NCBI GenBank assembly: GCA_045863295.1
Contig: BTWA01000002.1
Span: forward strand, 70,399 to 134,398
From: Candidatus Hydrogenedentota bacterium
GTDB lineage: Bacteria; Hydrogenedentota; Hydrogenedentia; Hydrogenedentales; SLHB01
Length of the DNA stretch: 64,000 nucleotides
Direction: 5' to 3'
Shown here: positions 9,891-18,607 of the stretch, one piece after another
Position numbering within the stretch: the first letter of the stretch is position 1
How the letters are laid out: each line of letters begins with the position of its first letter
Notes under the pieces: model-generated
Told to the model about the DNA's origin: nothing
Seen by the model: only the letters and a program-made list of their open reading frames with translations
Database searches by the model: none
Made by a program: the position numbers and the translations under genes

Positions 9891-11207
9891 ATGAGACGCA
9901 ATATCGTACACATGGGCGCGGGATCGTTGAGCTACGAAATCCGGGAAATCGTAGCCGTCGCCCACGAGCTTCGCCGATTGGGCATGGAAATCACATGGGA
10001 AAACATCGGCGATCCCGTGCAAAAAGGCGAACAGCCCCCCGAATGGATCCGCAGCATCGTGCGCGATCTCGTGGACGATCCGATCTCCTGGGCCTATTGC
10101 GACACCGCCGGCGTGCCCCATGTGCGCGAGTTCCTGGCGGAAAAAGTGAACGCCCGCGGCGGCGGCGTGCAAATTACTCCCAACGATATCCTGTTCTTCA
10201 ACGGCCTCGGCGATGCCGTTGCCAAGGTCTACGGGTTTCTCCGCCGCGAAGCGCGCATCCTCGGGCCGTCCCCGGCGTACAGCACGCACTCCTCCGCGGA
10301 AGCCGCGCATTCCGGGTACAGCCAGGTCACCTACGAACTCGATCCGCACAACGGCTGGATGCCCGACGTCAACGACATCCGCAACAAGGTGAAATACAAC
10401 GATTCGATCGCGGGCATCCTCCTGCTCACGCCGGATAATCCCACCGGCGCGGTGTACCCCCGCGAGATTCTCGAAGAGATTGCGGACATCGCCCGCAAAT
10501 ACGACTTGTTTCTGATCTCCGACGAGATCTACGCCCATATCGTCTACAACGGTCATCCCCGCATGCACATGAGCGAATGGTGCGGCGACGTGCCCGCGCT
10601 CGCCATGCGCGGCATCAGCAAGGAATATCCATGGCCCGGATCGCGGTGCGGCTGGCTTGAAGTGCTGAACCGCGAGAAAGATTCGAACTTCAACACCTAC
10701 GTGAACAGCCTGCTCGCGGCGAAACGCCTCGAAGTGTCGTCCACCACCCTGCCCCAATTGTCCATTCCCAAGGTCATGGGCGATCCCCGCTACCTGGGCC
10801 ATCTGCACGAACGCGAACAAATGTTCGACGCCCGCGCGGAAGAAGCCGTGGCCGCGTTTGAAGGCTGCGATTCCGTCATCGCGAACAAGCCCAGCGGCGC
10901 GTTCTACTTCACGGTCATGTTCAAACCCGGTTTGTTGAACAACCGGCAAACCCTGCCGATCGAGAACAACGACGTGCGCAAGACGATTGAACGATTGGTG
11001 GAAGGCGTGCGTCCCGACAAACGGTTCGTGTACTACCTCATGGGCGCCACCGGCATCGTCGTCGTGCCGCTCACCGGGTTCCAATGCAACCACGACGGTT
11101 TCCGCATGACCCTGCTCGAATCCGACGAGTCGAAGCGCGCCTGGATTTTCAAGACCCTGCGCGAATGCATCGAAGCCTACGTCGGCAGCGCCTGCGTCGT
11201 GGCCTGA
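9891..11207 (+). CDS. PLP-dependent class I/II aminotransferase (AlaA-like)
   Basis: NIGDP, PDNPTGAVY, SDEIY, GISKEYPWPGSRCGW (PLP lysine). Confidence 0.88.
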   Translation: MRRNIVHMGAGSLSYEIREIVAVAHELRRLGMEITWENIGDPVQKGEQPPEWIRSIVRDLVDDPISWAYCDTAGVPHVREFLAEKVNARGGGVQITPNDILFFNGLGDAVAKVYGFLRREARILGPSPAYSTHSSAEAAHSGYSQVTYELDPHNGWMPDVNDIRNKVKYNDSIAGILLLTPDNPTGAVYPREILEEIADIARKYDLFLISDEIYAHIVYNGHPRMHMSEWCGDVPALAMRGISKEYPWPGSRCGWLEVLNREKDSNFNTYVNSLLAAKRLEVSSTTLPQLSIPKVMGDPRYLGHLHEREQMFDARAEEAVAAFEGCDSVIANKPSGAFYFTVMFKPGLLNNRQTLPIENNDVRKTIERLVEGVRPDKRFVYYLMGATGIVVVPLTGFQCNHDGFRMTLLESDESKRAWIFKTLRECIEAYVGSACVVA

Positions 11208-11237
11208 GGCGGGCGGCGTTTTCGCGCCCGCGCGCGG

Positions 11238-14135
11238 TTACAACTCCAAATCGACCGCGGTTTCCGCATTCCCGGCCACTTCGGCTTGCCGCGAAGCGGT
11301 CAAGGGCGGCGTGCCGTCGTCGCTCAGTTGGACCGTCGTGCTGACTGTGTAGAGGCCCGGCGCGAGATTGGCGAAGACATACCCGCGCCGCGGATTCGTG
11401 ATCGCCGATTGGCTCGTTCCACCATCACCAGACAGGACCACTGTCGCGCCGATTACTTCCTGGCCGTCCATGAGCACCCTGCCCGTAATGCTGCCCACCG
11501 CATTCAACACGATCCGCACCTGTTGCGTGGCATTCGCGCGCGGCGTCGTTTGGGCGGTCCCATAGCCATGGTCCGCATGCCGGGCGGACAGAATCAGCGG
11601 ACGATCGGGAATCACCCCGTGGATGGTGAACGCGCCGCCGCTATCGGTTTGCGCGGCCACGTTTCCCTCCGATCCGGATGCGCCGCCTTTGAATACGTGC
11701 GCACCGCTCACGCCCTGCCCGCGCGCATCCACCACGATGCCCGCGACCGATGAATCGCCTGGCTTCAGCGTGACCACGATTTCGCCGGACCCGGCGGACC
11801 CAACGCGCACGTTGTCCACCTGTTCCGGCAAATAGCCTTCGGCTTCCACTTCGAGCGTGTACCGCCCCTGGTTCAGCGGGAAATCGAACCGGCCCTCGGG
11901 ATGGCTCACCGGGATAACGCGCGGCTGCACCGGCATGTCCGCAATCAACATCGTTGTGATCCGGAACTGCGTCACTGGCTGCTGCGCCGCATCCACCACC
12001 CGGCCAGTCAGTGATGCGCCAGACTTCTTCAGCCGCAAAACGACACCGGTCGTTCCCGCCGCAACCTGCTCCATGCCCATGGGGTCGTAGCCTTGAAGGG
12101 CTGGGATGAGTGTGTAGGTGCCCTCTTCCAGGTTTCGAAAGGCGAATGTTCCGTCGGCGTGGGCTTTTCGATTGCCGCCGGGGTTCATAATCACCGAGGC
12201 CTCCAGCGGTTGGCCCGTGTCATCTTCCACCCGGCCTTCGATGCTTAAAGTGGCATCGCCTTCATATACAAGGCGTACGCCTCCAAGCGTCTGGCCCGCT
12301 GTCACGGTATATGTGCCTATAGGCCGGAGCGGATTTCGGCCTATCTTTATCGCAAGTTGATAATCGCCCGCAGGGAGATCCAATAGAAAGAATTCGCCCT
12401 TGAGGTCGGATTCTGCTCGGTAGGGATAGGACTTACCCTCGGGTAGCGGCATGGCAAGTACTTCTGCCCGGATCGGTTGTCCTGTCTGGTCAACCACAAT
12501 GCCCGTAATCGTTCCGACGATTCCGTCTGTCGCTGTATTAAGGACCAGATTAAGGTCTTGCACGCCTTCCTCGGGTACCACTAGCGATCCCACAACCTGA
12601 TTCCGGATTCTGTCTGTCTTTGCCTTAATTTGCAGATCCATGCCAACGGGCACACTCGTAAACGCGAATTGTCCAGCCTCGCCGGTGAGCGTCTGATTGG
12701 ATCGGCCCTGTTCATCACCGATGGTCTCAAGAGACAACGCTGCGCCAGCCACCGCAATACCCTCTTGGTCGACAAGCGTTCCGATAACGCGTACGCCAAG
12801 ATCCAATTTGAAATCGATTCCCCGAATTTCGTCGTCAGGGGCCACTTGCACTTCGGTAGGCCTTGGAGGAAGTGTCGTTGAGTAAACTCCGGGGACGTGG
12901 TCCTCCGGGTATACGTCGTAAATGGCTGGCGAAAGACCTTCCACCAAATACTCGCCCGATTCGTTCGTAGCGGCACGGCGCTCTGGCGAATGGGCTGGCG
13001 CAGGCCCCATCGCCGCCATGCCTCGGCCACGGGATGGCCGAGCAATGACCTCAACACGTTCTATGCCTTCGCCCGTCTGCGAATCAATGACCCTTCCCGC
13101 AATTGATCCGCCCTTGGAAACCTTCAACGTCACGGGTGGCGCGCCCGGCGATACGTGCACTTCGGGCACCGGCTCCAGAACAACATATTTGTCGTTCCTT
13201 ACTCCGAGTTGATACTGCGCCAAGGCTAAGGCTGGAAACACGAATTCGCCGGACCGGTTGCTTCGCGCAGTTTGCGCGGGCGCGTTTGTATTGGACCGCT
13301 TCGCGGTTACGTTGATGCCCGGCACAGGATCGCCGGTCGATCCATCCACAGTCCGGCCGATAAGGGGATACCCTGGCTCCAGCACGATGTCCAGGTTGTC
13401 CGTGCCCACAGGGACTTGGGCTGTCTCCACAGCGGCATACGATTCCGACGCCGCGTAAAGCGACCAGAGAGTTGGCTCCAGTCCAGCGACGGTGAATGCG
13501 CCGTCTTGCCCCGAAACGGCAATTCGATTCGCCATGCCGGGCGAGGAAACCGTCTCGCCATCGTGCAAAATGGGAATGATTTGAACGCCTTCCACCGGAG
13601 TTCCGTCAATGGCCGACACTTTGCCCGAAATCTGGCCCGCCGGTTCGAGAGTGATCTGGATTCCACGTGCCCTGACTCTCGGCGAAAGCAACGCTGACCG
13701 GATTCCGTAGTACCCTTCCATACGTGCCGTTGCGACAAACCGCTTCAGAGGCAGCGATTCCAGTCGAAACTGGCCTTCCGTATTTGTGTACGTGGTCAGT
13801 TTTGCATCGGGTTGAATTGAACCGGCTAGAAACGGCGTTTGGGCTTCTCCAAGAGTTACCTCCGCTCCTGCCGCGGGGGTGCCGTCCCTATAGATCACAG
13901 TCCCGTGGATTACGCCTGGGCCGGACTCTTCGACGGGTTCCGGTTCGGGCGGCAGAGGCCACACAACCGGTCTCGCTTCCACGGGTTCGGAAGGTGCTGG
14001 CGCTTCGGCCACGGGATCGGGATACACGGGATCTTCGATGGATTCGTCGTCAGACCCGCGAAGGGCGAAGACCACCGCCAGAATACATGCCAGCAACAAG
14101 AATCCCAGAATGCCGATCCGGAGTCTCCATTGCAT
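11238..14135 (-). CDS. Membrane-anchored protein with repeated carboxypeptidase-regulatory-like (prealbumin-fold) domains
   Basis: N-terminal TM; repeated I.G.V.D..G.PV.GA.V...T...G.F...L..G.Y units. Confidence 0.8.
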   Translation of the reverse strand: MQWRLRIGILGFLLLACILAVVFALRGSDDESIEDPVYPDPVAEAPAPSEPVEARPVVWPLPPEPEPVEESGPGVIHGTVIYRDGTPAAGAEVTLGEAQTPFLAGSIQPDAKLTTYTNTEGQFRLESLPLKRFVATARMEGYYGIRSALLSPRVRARGIQITLEPAGQISGKVSAIDGTPVEGVQIIPILHDGETVSSPGMANRIAVSGQDGAFTVAGLEPTLWSLYAASESYAAVETAQVPVGTDNLDIVLEPGYPLIGRTVDGSTGDPVPGINVTAKRSNTNAPAQTARSNRSGEFVFPALALAQYQLGVRNDKYVVLEPVPEVHVSPGAPPVTLKVSKGGSIAGRVIDSQTGEGIERVEVIARPSRGRGMAAMGPAPAHSPERRAATNESGEYLVEGLSPAIYDVYPEDHVPGVYSTTLPPRPTEVQVAPDDEIRGIDFKLDLGVRVIGTLVDQEGIAVAGAALSLETIGDEQGRSNQTLTGEAGQFAFTSVPVGMDLQIKAKTDRIRNQVVGSLVVPEEGVQDLNLVLNTATDGIVGTITGIVVDQTGQPIRAEVLAMPLPEGKSYPYRAESDLKGEFFLLDLPAGDYQLAIKIGRNPLRPIGTYTVTAGQTLGGVRLVYEGDATLSIEGRVEDDTGQPLEASVIMNPGGNRKAHADGTFAFRNLEEGTYTLIPALQGYDPMGMEQVAAGTTGVVLRLKKSGASLTGRVVDAAQQPVTQFRITTMLIADMPVQPRVIPVSHPEGRFDFPLNQGRYTLEVEAEGYLPEQVDNVRVGSAGSGEIVVTLKPGDSSVAGIVVDARGQGVSGAHVFKGGASGSEGNVAAQTDSGGAFTIHGVIPDRPLILSARHADHGYGTAQTTPRANATQQVRIVLNAVGSITGRVLMDGQEVIGATVVLSGDGGTSQSAITNPRRGYVFANLAPGLYTVSTTVQLSDDGTPPLTASRQAEVAGNAETAVDLEL

Positions 14136-14174
14136 GTGGTTTCTCCCCTCGTATCCGTCGTCACAGTTGGCCTA

Positions 14175-14392
14175 TTTGGAGTGCGGCGGCCGCGACGCCG
14201 CTTTCAATTCTTGCAGACTGCCTTCGAGTTTTGCATGGACTCAGACCCAGCGAAAAAAGACCTTTGCGTATCCAATGCCCTGTTTGCCAAGGGCTGCATT
14301 CTGCCCCGTTGCACCACCCGAGTTGCCTGAAGGTGCACGCGCAAATGCCAAAGCGGCGTCGCCGCGTGTACACTCTGCCGCCGCAGTCCATA
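14175..14392. repeat. Inverted pair of TGGA(G/C)TGCG...GCCGCTTT-type REP elements (MITE-like)
   Basis: TTTGGAGTGCGGCGGCCGCGACGCCGCTTT at 14175-14204 and complementary AAAGCGGCGTCG...GCCGCCGCAGTCCA at 14350-14390. Confidence 0.65.
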
Positions 14393-14398
14393 CAGGAT

Positions 14399-15430
14399 TC
14401 AGAAACCGGGGACCCACTTCCCGTCCCGCAAGTTGAGAGTGGTTGGTTCGATCTGATCGGGACTGTATTTGCGCAACACCAATTGACCCGTGTCCTTGAA
14501 CTCCAGGGATTCAAAGTCAAACAGGCTGTCCGGCAGATCGATATTTACTTCCGGTTCCTGGACGTCTATGGTGACAAAGTTCGGGCCATTCTGGAGTTTT
14601 ACATGATCTGGCATCCAAACCCCATCGGCCACCTGCTTCACCGTTAAGTTCATTTCGTGATGGAGAGACTCTTTCGCATCGCGTTTGAGAAGTTTGGTAA
14701 CCAGATGGCCGCGATTCGGATCGACCTCCAGATATGTCGTGTGAAAGAACTCGCCTTCCTTGTTCCTTCTTTTAAGCTCCATTCCGATTCTTGGTCCGTC
14801 ACTGCCGTCCACGGATACAATAGATACCAGTCCATCGCCAGACACAACGTCCTCAATCGTCTCGTCGAGAAACTCGCCTTGATCGGCGAATCCGAACATG
14901 ACAGCGTTCAACTCCCAAATTGTGCCAAAAAGGTCCGAAGCGTCAGAGGCCATCTCGGCGGACGAGTCATGCTCGTAAAGCAGACAAGGACCGGAAAGTC
15001 CATTTAGGGCCAAAAAGCAAAAGTCATCGTTCAGAATTGCGTAGTTTGTACTGGACATGGATTTGCCCGAACCCGACGTCATTTGCACCGTGCGATCTAC
15101 TCGCTGTCTGCCGTCCTCCCAATACCACTGCCCCTCTATCGCATCTTCCCTCATCCCACCCGGAAACATCGCAGCCCCTTGATCGGGTCCGTCAACGCCG
15201 AATCTCACTGTTTGCGAGATTTTGTATGATCGAATCAAATCGTACGACTCACGGTTCCTACCGGCAATTTCCCTAGCCTGCTTGAGATCGTCTGGGTCTT
15301 GTTGATTGCAGGCCAAGAACAGAGAGGCGGCAAAGACCAACCCAAAGACAGCGCGACATATCCCAGGCACTACTTCGCAGAACCATGGTCGCTTGAATCG
15401 CATGCTGACACCCGGCATGTTCGATATCAT
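14399..15430 (-). CDS. Hypothetical exported protein/lipoprotein (C-terminal LolA-like signature)
   Basis: FLAC lipobox; GVWMP...V.I..PEVNIDLPDSLF motif; start uncertain. Confidence 0.6.
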   Translation of the reverse strand: MISNMPGVSMRFKRPWFCEVVPGICRAVFGLVFAASLFLACNQQDPDDLKQAREIAGRNRESYDLIRSYKISQTVRFGVDGPDQGAAMFPGGMREDAIEGQWYWEDGRQRVDRTVQMTSGSGKSMSSTNYAILNDDFCFLALNGLSGPCLLYEHDSSAEMASDASDLFGTIWELNAVMFGFADQGEFLDETIEDVVSGDGLVSIVSVDGSDGPRIGMELKRRNKEGEFFHTTYLEVDPNRGHLVTKLLKRDAKESLHHEMNLTVKQVADGVWMPDHVKLQNGPNFVTIDVQEPEVNIDLPDSLFDFESLEFKDTGQLVLRKYSPDQIEPTTLNLRDGKWVPGF

Positions 15431-15762
15431 GGGACATTTCCACGCGTTGTGCGGTTTCGACGGAAGTCTCAGGCGGCAGAAGGGGCCACACGCCAGTCCG
15501 CGATTAAACTTGTCCGTGCCCTATTCGCCGCCAACAATAAAGTAATTGATAGTATGGCCCGACTCTCTCGGAACGATTCGGATAATACACGCAATACGAT
15601 TTCGCTGTCGTTATGCCGGGCGCGTTCGGGAAGACCGGTTATCCGGGATCGGCTGGTGCGGAATTGGCAACTCAGGCACTCCCCACATGCGGGGGGGGCA
15701 CAACTCGTGGTTCATTCGTTACGCGCACGGGCTTCCACCTCGCCTAGAGCACCAGTGAAATA

Positions 15763-15791
15763 ACACTACCCGCGAATGCGTGTCTTGTCAA
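15763..15791 (-). promoter_or_regulatory. Putative sigma70 promoter TTGACA-17-TAGTGT
   Basis: Consensus -35 with 17-bp spacer on the minus strand, pointing to the 14399..15430 gene. Confidence 0.45.
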
Positions 15792-16124
15792 GGGGGGACT
15801 TCGAAGCCAAGGACGTGTCCAAGCGCGACGCAGTCTTGCCGAAATCCATTCGTGTATTTGGCCCTATGGAAGATTCCGCGTTTCCACGAATTTCAGGAGG
15901 CCGGCCTGTTAGGCAAAGCATCGCGATTTATGCTATGTATGTAGGGGCGCAAAGGGGCGATCCGGCGCGAAAACGAGCGTTTGGCCGGGTGCTTCCCGTC
16001 GCCAACTTGGGTGGTGGTCGAGGGATTTCCTCGCTGCGAATGCCTTAAACGATTTTGTGGGAGCATTTTACACCGCGCGCGTATTGGGCGCGGCGCGAAA
16101 TGCGTGTTAACCGGGAGAAGATCC

Positions 16125-17675
16125 ATGACTTTGTTGAAACGGTTCAGTTTTGCCGTTGCGATTTCGGTCGTGCTTGCGTTTGGGGCGCAGGCCGAACTGT
16201 GGATGCCGAGCGTATTCACGGATCACATGGTGCTGCAACAGAAGTCGCTCGTGCCGGTGTGGGGCAAGGCGGCGCCGGGCGCGGCGGTGAAGGTGGCGAT
16301 TGCCGATCGCGAAGCGAGCGCGACAGCGAACACGCAAGGCCAGTGGCGCGTGAAGATTGGCCCGTTTCCCGCGGGCGGTCCGCACACGTTGACGGTCACC
16401 GTGGGCGAAGAGACGAAGACCATCAACGATGTATTGTTCGGCGAAGTGTGGGTGTGTTCGGGCCAATCGAACATGGTGTGGTGGGTAAACCAAAGCAACG
16501 ACGCGGAAGCGGAGATTGCGGCGGCCAACTATCCGAACATCCGGTTGTACAAAGCGCCCAACGTGACGTCGGATACGCCGAAGGACGACATCGAAGCGGC
16601 GTGGGCCGTGTGCGCGCCCGAAACCGTTCCCGAGTTTTCCGGGGTGGCGTATTATTTCGGCCGAAAGCTTCATCAGGATTTGGGGGTGCCCGTTGGGCTG
16701 GTGTTGAGCGCGTGGGGCGGCACGCCGGCGGAAGCGTGGACCAGCCTGCCGAAGCTTCAGGCCAATGCCGAATTTGAACCGCTGCTGGCGCGTTGGAACG
16801 ACACGCTGGCCGCTTATCCCGAAGCAAAAGCCAAGTTCGATGAAGCGCTGAAGGCGTGGGAAGCGGAAGCCGAAAAGGCCAAGAGCGAAGGCAAAGAGCC
16901 GCCCGCGAAGCCGCGCGCGCCGATGGGTCCGGACAGTCCGCATCGCCCGGCGAATTTGTACAACGCGATGATCAACCCGCTCATCCCCTACGGCATGCGC
17001 GGCGCGATCTGGTATCAGGGCGAATCGAACGCCAGCCGCGCGTATCAGTACCGCGCGTTGTTTGCCGATATGATCAAGGATTGGCGCGAGCGTTGGGGCC
17101 AGGGCGCGTTTCCGTTTTATTTTGTGCAACTCGCGAATTTCTCGACGAATGCCGACACGCCAGATGGTTCGCCCTGGGCCGAATTGCGCGAAGCCCAGAC
17201 AATGGCGTTAAGCCTGCCGAACACGGGCATGGCGGTCATCACCGATATCGGCGATCCTGCCGACATTCACCCGCGCAACAAGCAGGACGTGGGAAAGCGG
17301 CTGGCCCAATGGGCGCTTCGCTACACGTATGGCCGGGCGGATGTGCCGCCTTCCGGCCCGTTGTACAAGGCCATGAAGGTGTTGGACGGCGGCAAGGTCT
17401 CCCTTGAATTCGATCACGTGTACGGCGGATTGAAGGCGAAGGAGGGTGGCCTGGCCGGATTTACGGTTGCCGGCGAAGACAAGAAGTTTGTCGAGGCGAA
17501 GGCCGAGATTTCCGGCGATACCGTGCATGTGTGGTCGGATCAGGTGGCCCTGCCCGTTGCGGTGCGCTATGCGTGGTCGGACAATCCTCCCGCGACGTTG
17601 TATAACGGCGCGGACCTGCCGGCATCGCCGTTCCGCACGGATGATTGGCCCGGCGTGACCGTGGAAAACAAGTAA
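16125..17675 (+). CDS. Sialate O-acetylesterase (SASA family), secreted
   Basis: Signal peptide; GEVWVCSGQSNM, WGGTPAEAW, IWYQGESN, DIHPRNK. Confidence 0.92.
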   Translation: MTLLKRFSFAVAISVVLAFGAQAELWMPSVFTDHMVLQQKSLVPVWGKAAPGAAVKVAIADREASATANTQGQWRVKIGPFPAGGPHTLTVTVGEETKTINDVLFGEVWVCSGQSNMVWWVNQSNDAEAEIAAANYPNIRLYKAPNVTSDTPKDDIEAAWAVCAPETVPEFSGVAYYFGRKLHQDLGVPVGLVLSAWGGTPAEAWTSLPKLQANAEFEPLLARWNDTLAAYPEAKAKFDEALKAWEAEAEKAKSEGKEPPAKPRAPMGPDSPHRPANLYNAMINPLIPYGMRGAIWYQGESNASRAYQYRALFADMIKDWRERWGQGAFPFYFVQLANFSTNADTPDGSPWAELREAQTMALSLPNTGMAVITDIGDPADIHPRNKQDVGKRLAQWALRYTYGRADVPPSGPLYKAMKVLDGGKVSLEFDHVYGGLKAKEGGLAGFTVAGEDKKFVEAKAEISGDTVHVWSDQVALPVAVRYAWSDNPPATLYNGADLPASPFRTDDWPGVTVENK

Positions 17676-17682
17676 CCGAACC

Positions 17683-17715
17683 GGCCCCGGCGGCACCGTC
17701 CGCCGGGGCCTTTTT
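17683..17715 (+). terminator. Rho-independent terminator
   Basis: GGCCCCGGCGG-caccgt-CCGCCGGGGCC followed by TTTTT. Confidence 0.85.
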
Positions 17716-17727
17716 ACAATCAAATAC

Positions 17728-18552
17728 ATGAGTCAACGCGAATACCGGTATCCCAGTCACTTTCGATGGTTGCGAAACGCCATGGCCGCGGTTGCGGTGC
17801 TGGGCGCGTTTTGCACGTTCGACGCATTCACACGCACCGCGTCGGATGACACCGTATACCGGATGCGGTTTGCGCTTGTCTTCGTCTCATGCATCCTGCT
17901 GACCGCGCTTGCGATCATGGTGTGGCGGTTTCTATCCCGGTTGTCATCGGCGCGCGTGAAGCTCACGGAATCCCGGTTTGAATATAGCGACGCGCGCACG
18001 GGAGCGAACCTGCGCTACGGCGAAATCGGCGTGGTCAAAGCAGCGGGCGGTCCCTACTTCGGCGGTTGGCTCACAGTGCACGGTTCCGGACAACGCGTGC
18101 CCATTTACCTCGAGTTGGAAGACATCTCCGGCTTTGTATTGGAATTAAAAGAGCGGCTCGACGGCAAGCACCGGCAAGACGCCTACCGCGAGCGCGAACT
18201 CTACGGATTTCTCCAGTGGGCCAAGTTCACCGAAGTGATGTTGCGCGTCGTGCGCAAGGAGTCGCTGTCCCTCGCGGTTGCCTCGTATGTGGCGGGATTT
18301 CTTGCGTACCTCACGGCTTCCGTGAACGGATCGAACAACCCCGTGTGGTTCCTGTTGGGCGCGCTGTATCCATGGCTGCTCACGGTCCTTTACGCGCTGA
18401 TTGTGCGACAGCTTGTCGGCAAGGCTTCGCGCCGGCGCGAGTTCACGGTTTATGAGCCCGACCCAATCAAATTGACGCGATCCTGGCACGCAATCAAGAA
18501 GTGGGGCCTCGTTGTCTTCTTGTTCTGGATTGCGATGCGCTCGCTGCTGTGA
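17728..18552 (+). CDS. Hypothetical membrane protein
   Basis: 274 aa with about 5 hydrophobic helices and a soluble middle domain. Confidence 0.65.
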   Translation: MSQREYRYPSHFRWLRNAMAAVAVLGAFCTFDAFTRTASDDTVYRMRFALVFVSCILLTALAIMVWRFLSRLSSARVKLTESRFEYSDARTGANLRYGEIGVVKAAGGPYFGGWLTVHGSGQRVPIYLELEDISGFVLELKERLDGKHRQDAYRERELYGFLQWAKFTEVMLRVVRKESLSLAVASYVAGFLAYLTASVNGSNNPVWFLLGALYPWLLTVLYALIVRQLVGKASRRREFTVYEPDPIKLTRSWHAIKKWGLVVFLFWIAMRSLL

Positions 18553-18607
18553 CGCTTCCGGACCCGTTTCCGGGTTCGTGACGCTTTGACTACAGGAAAG
18601 CCCGATT

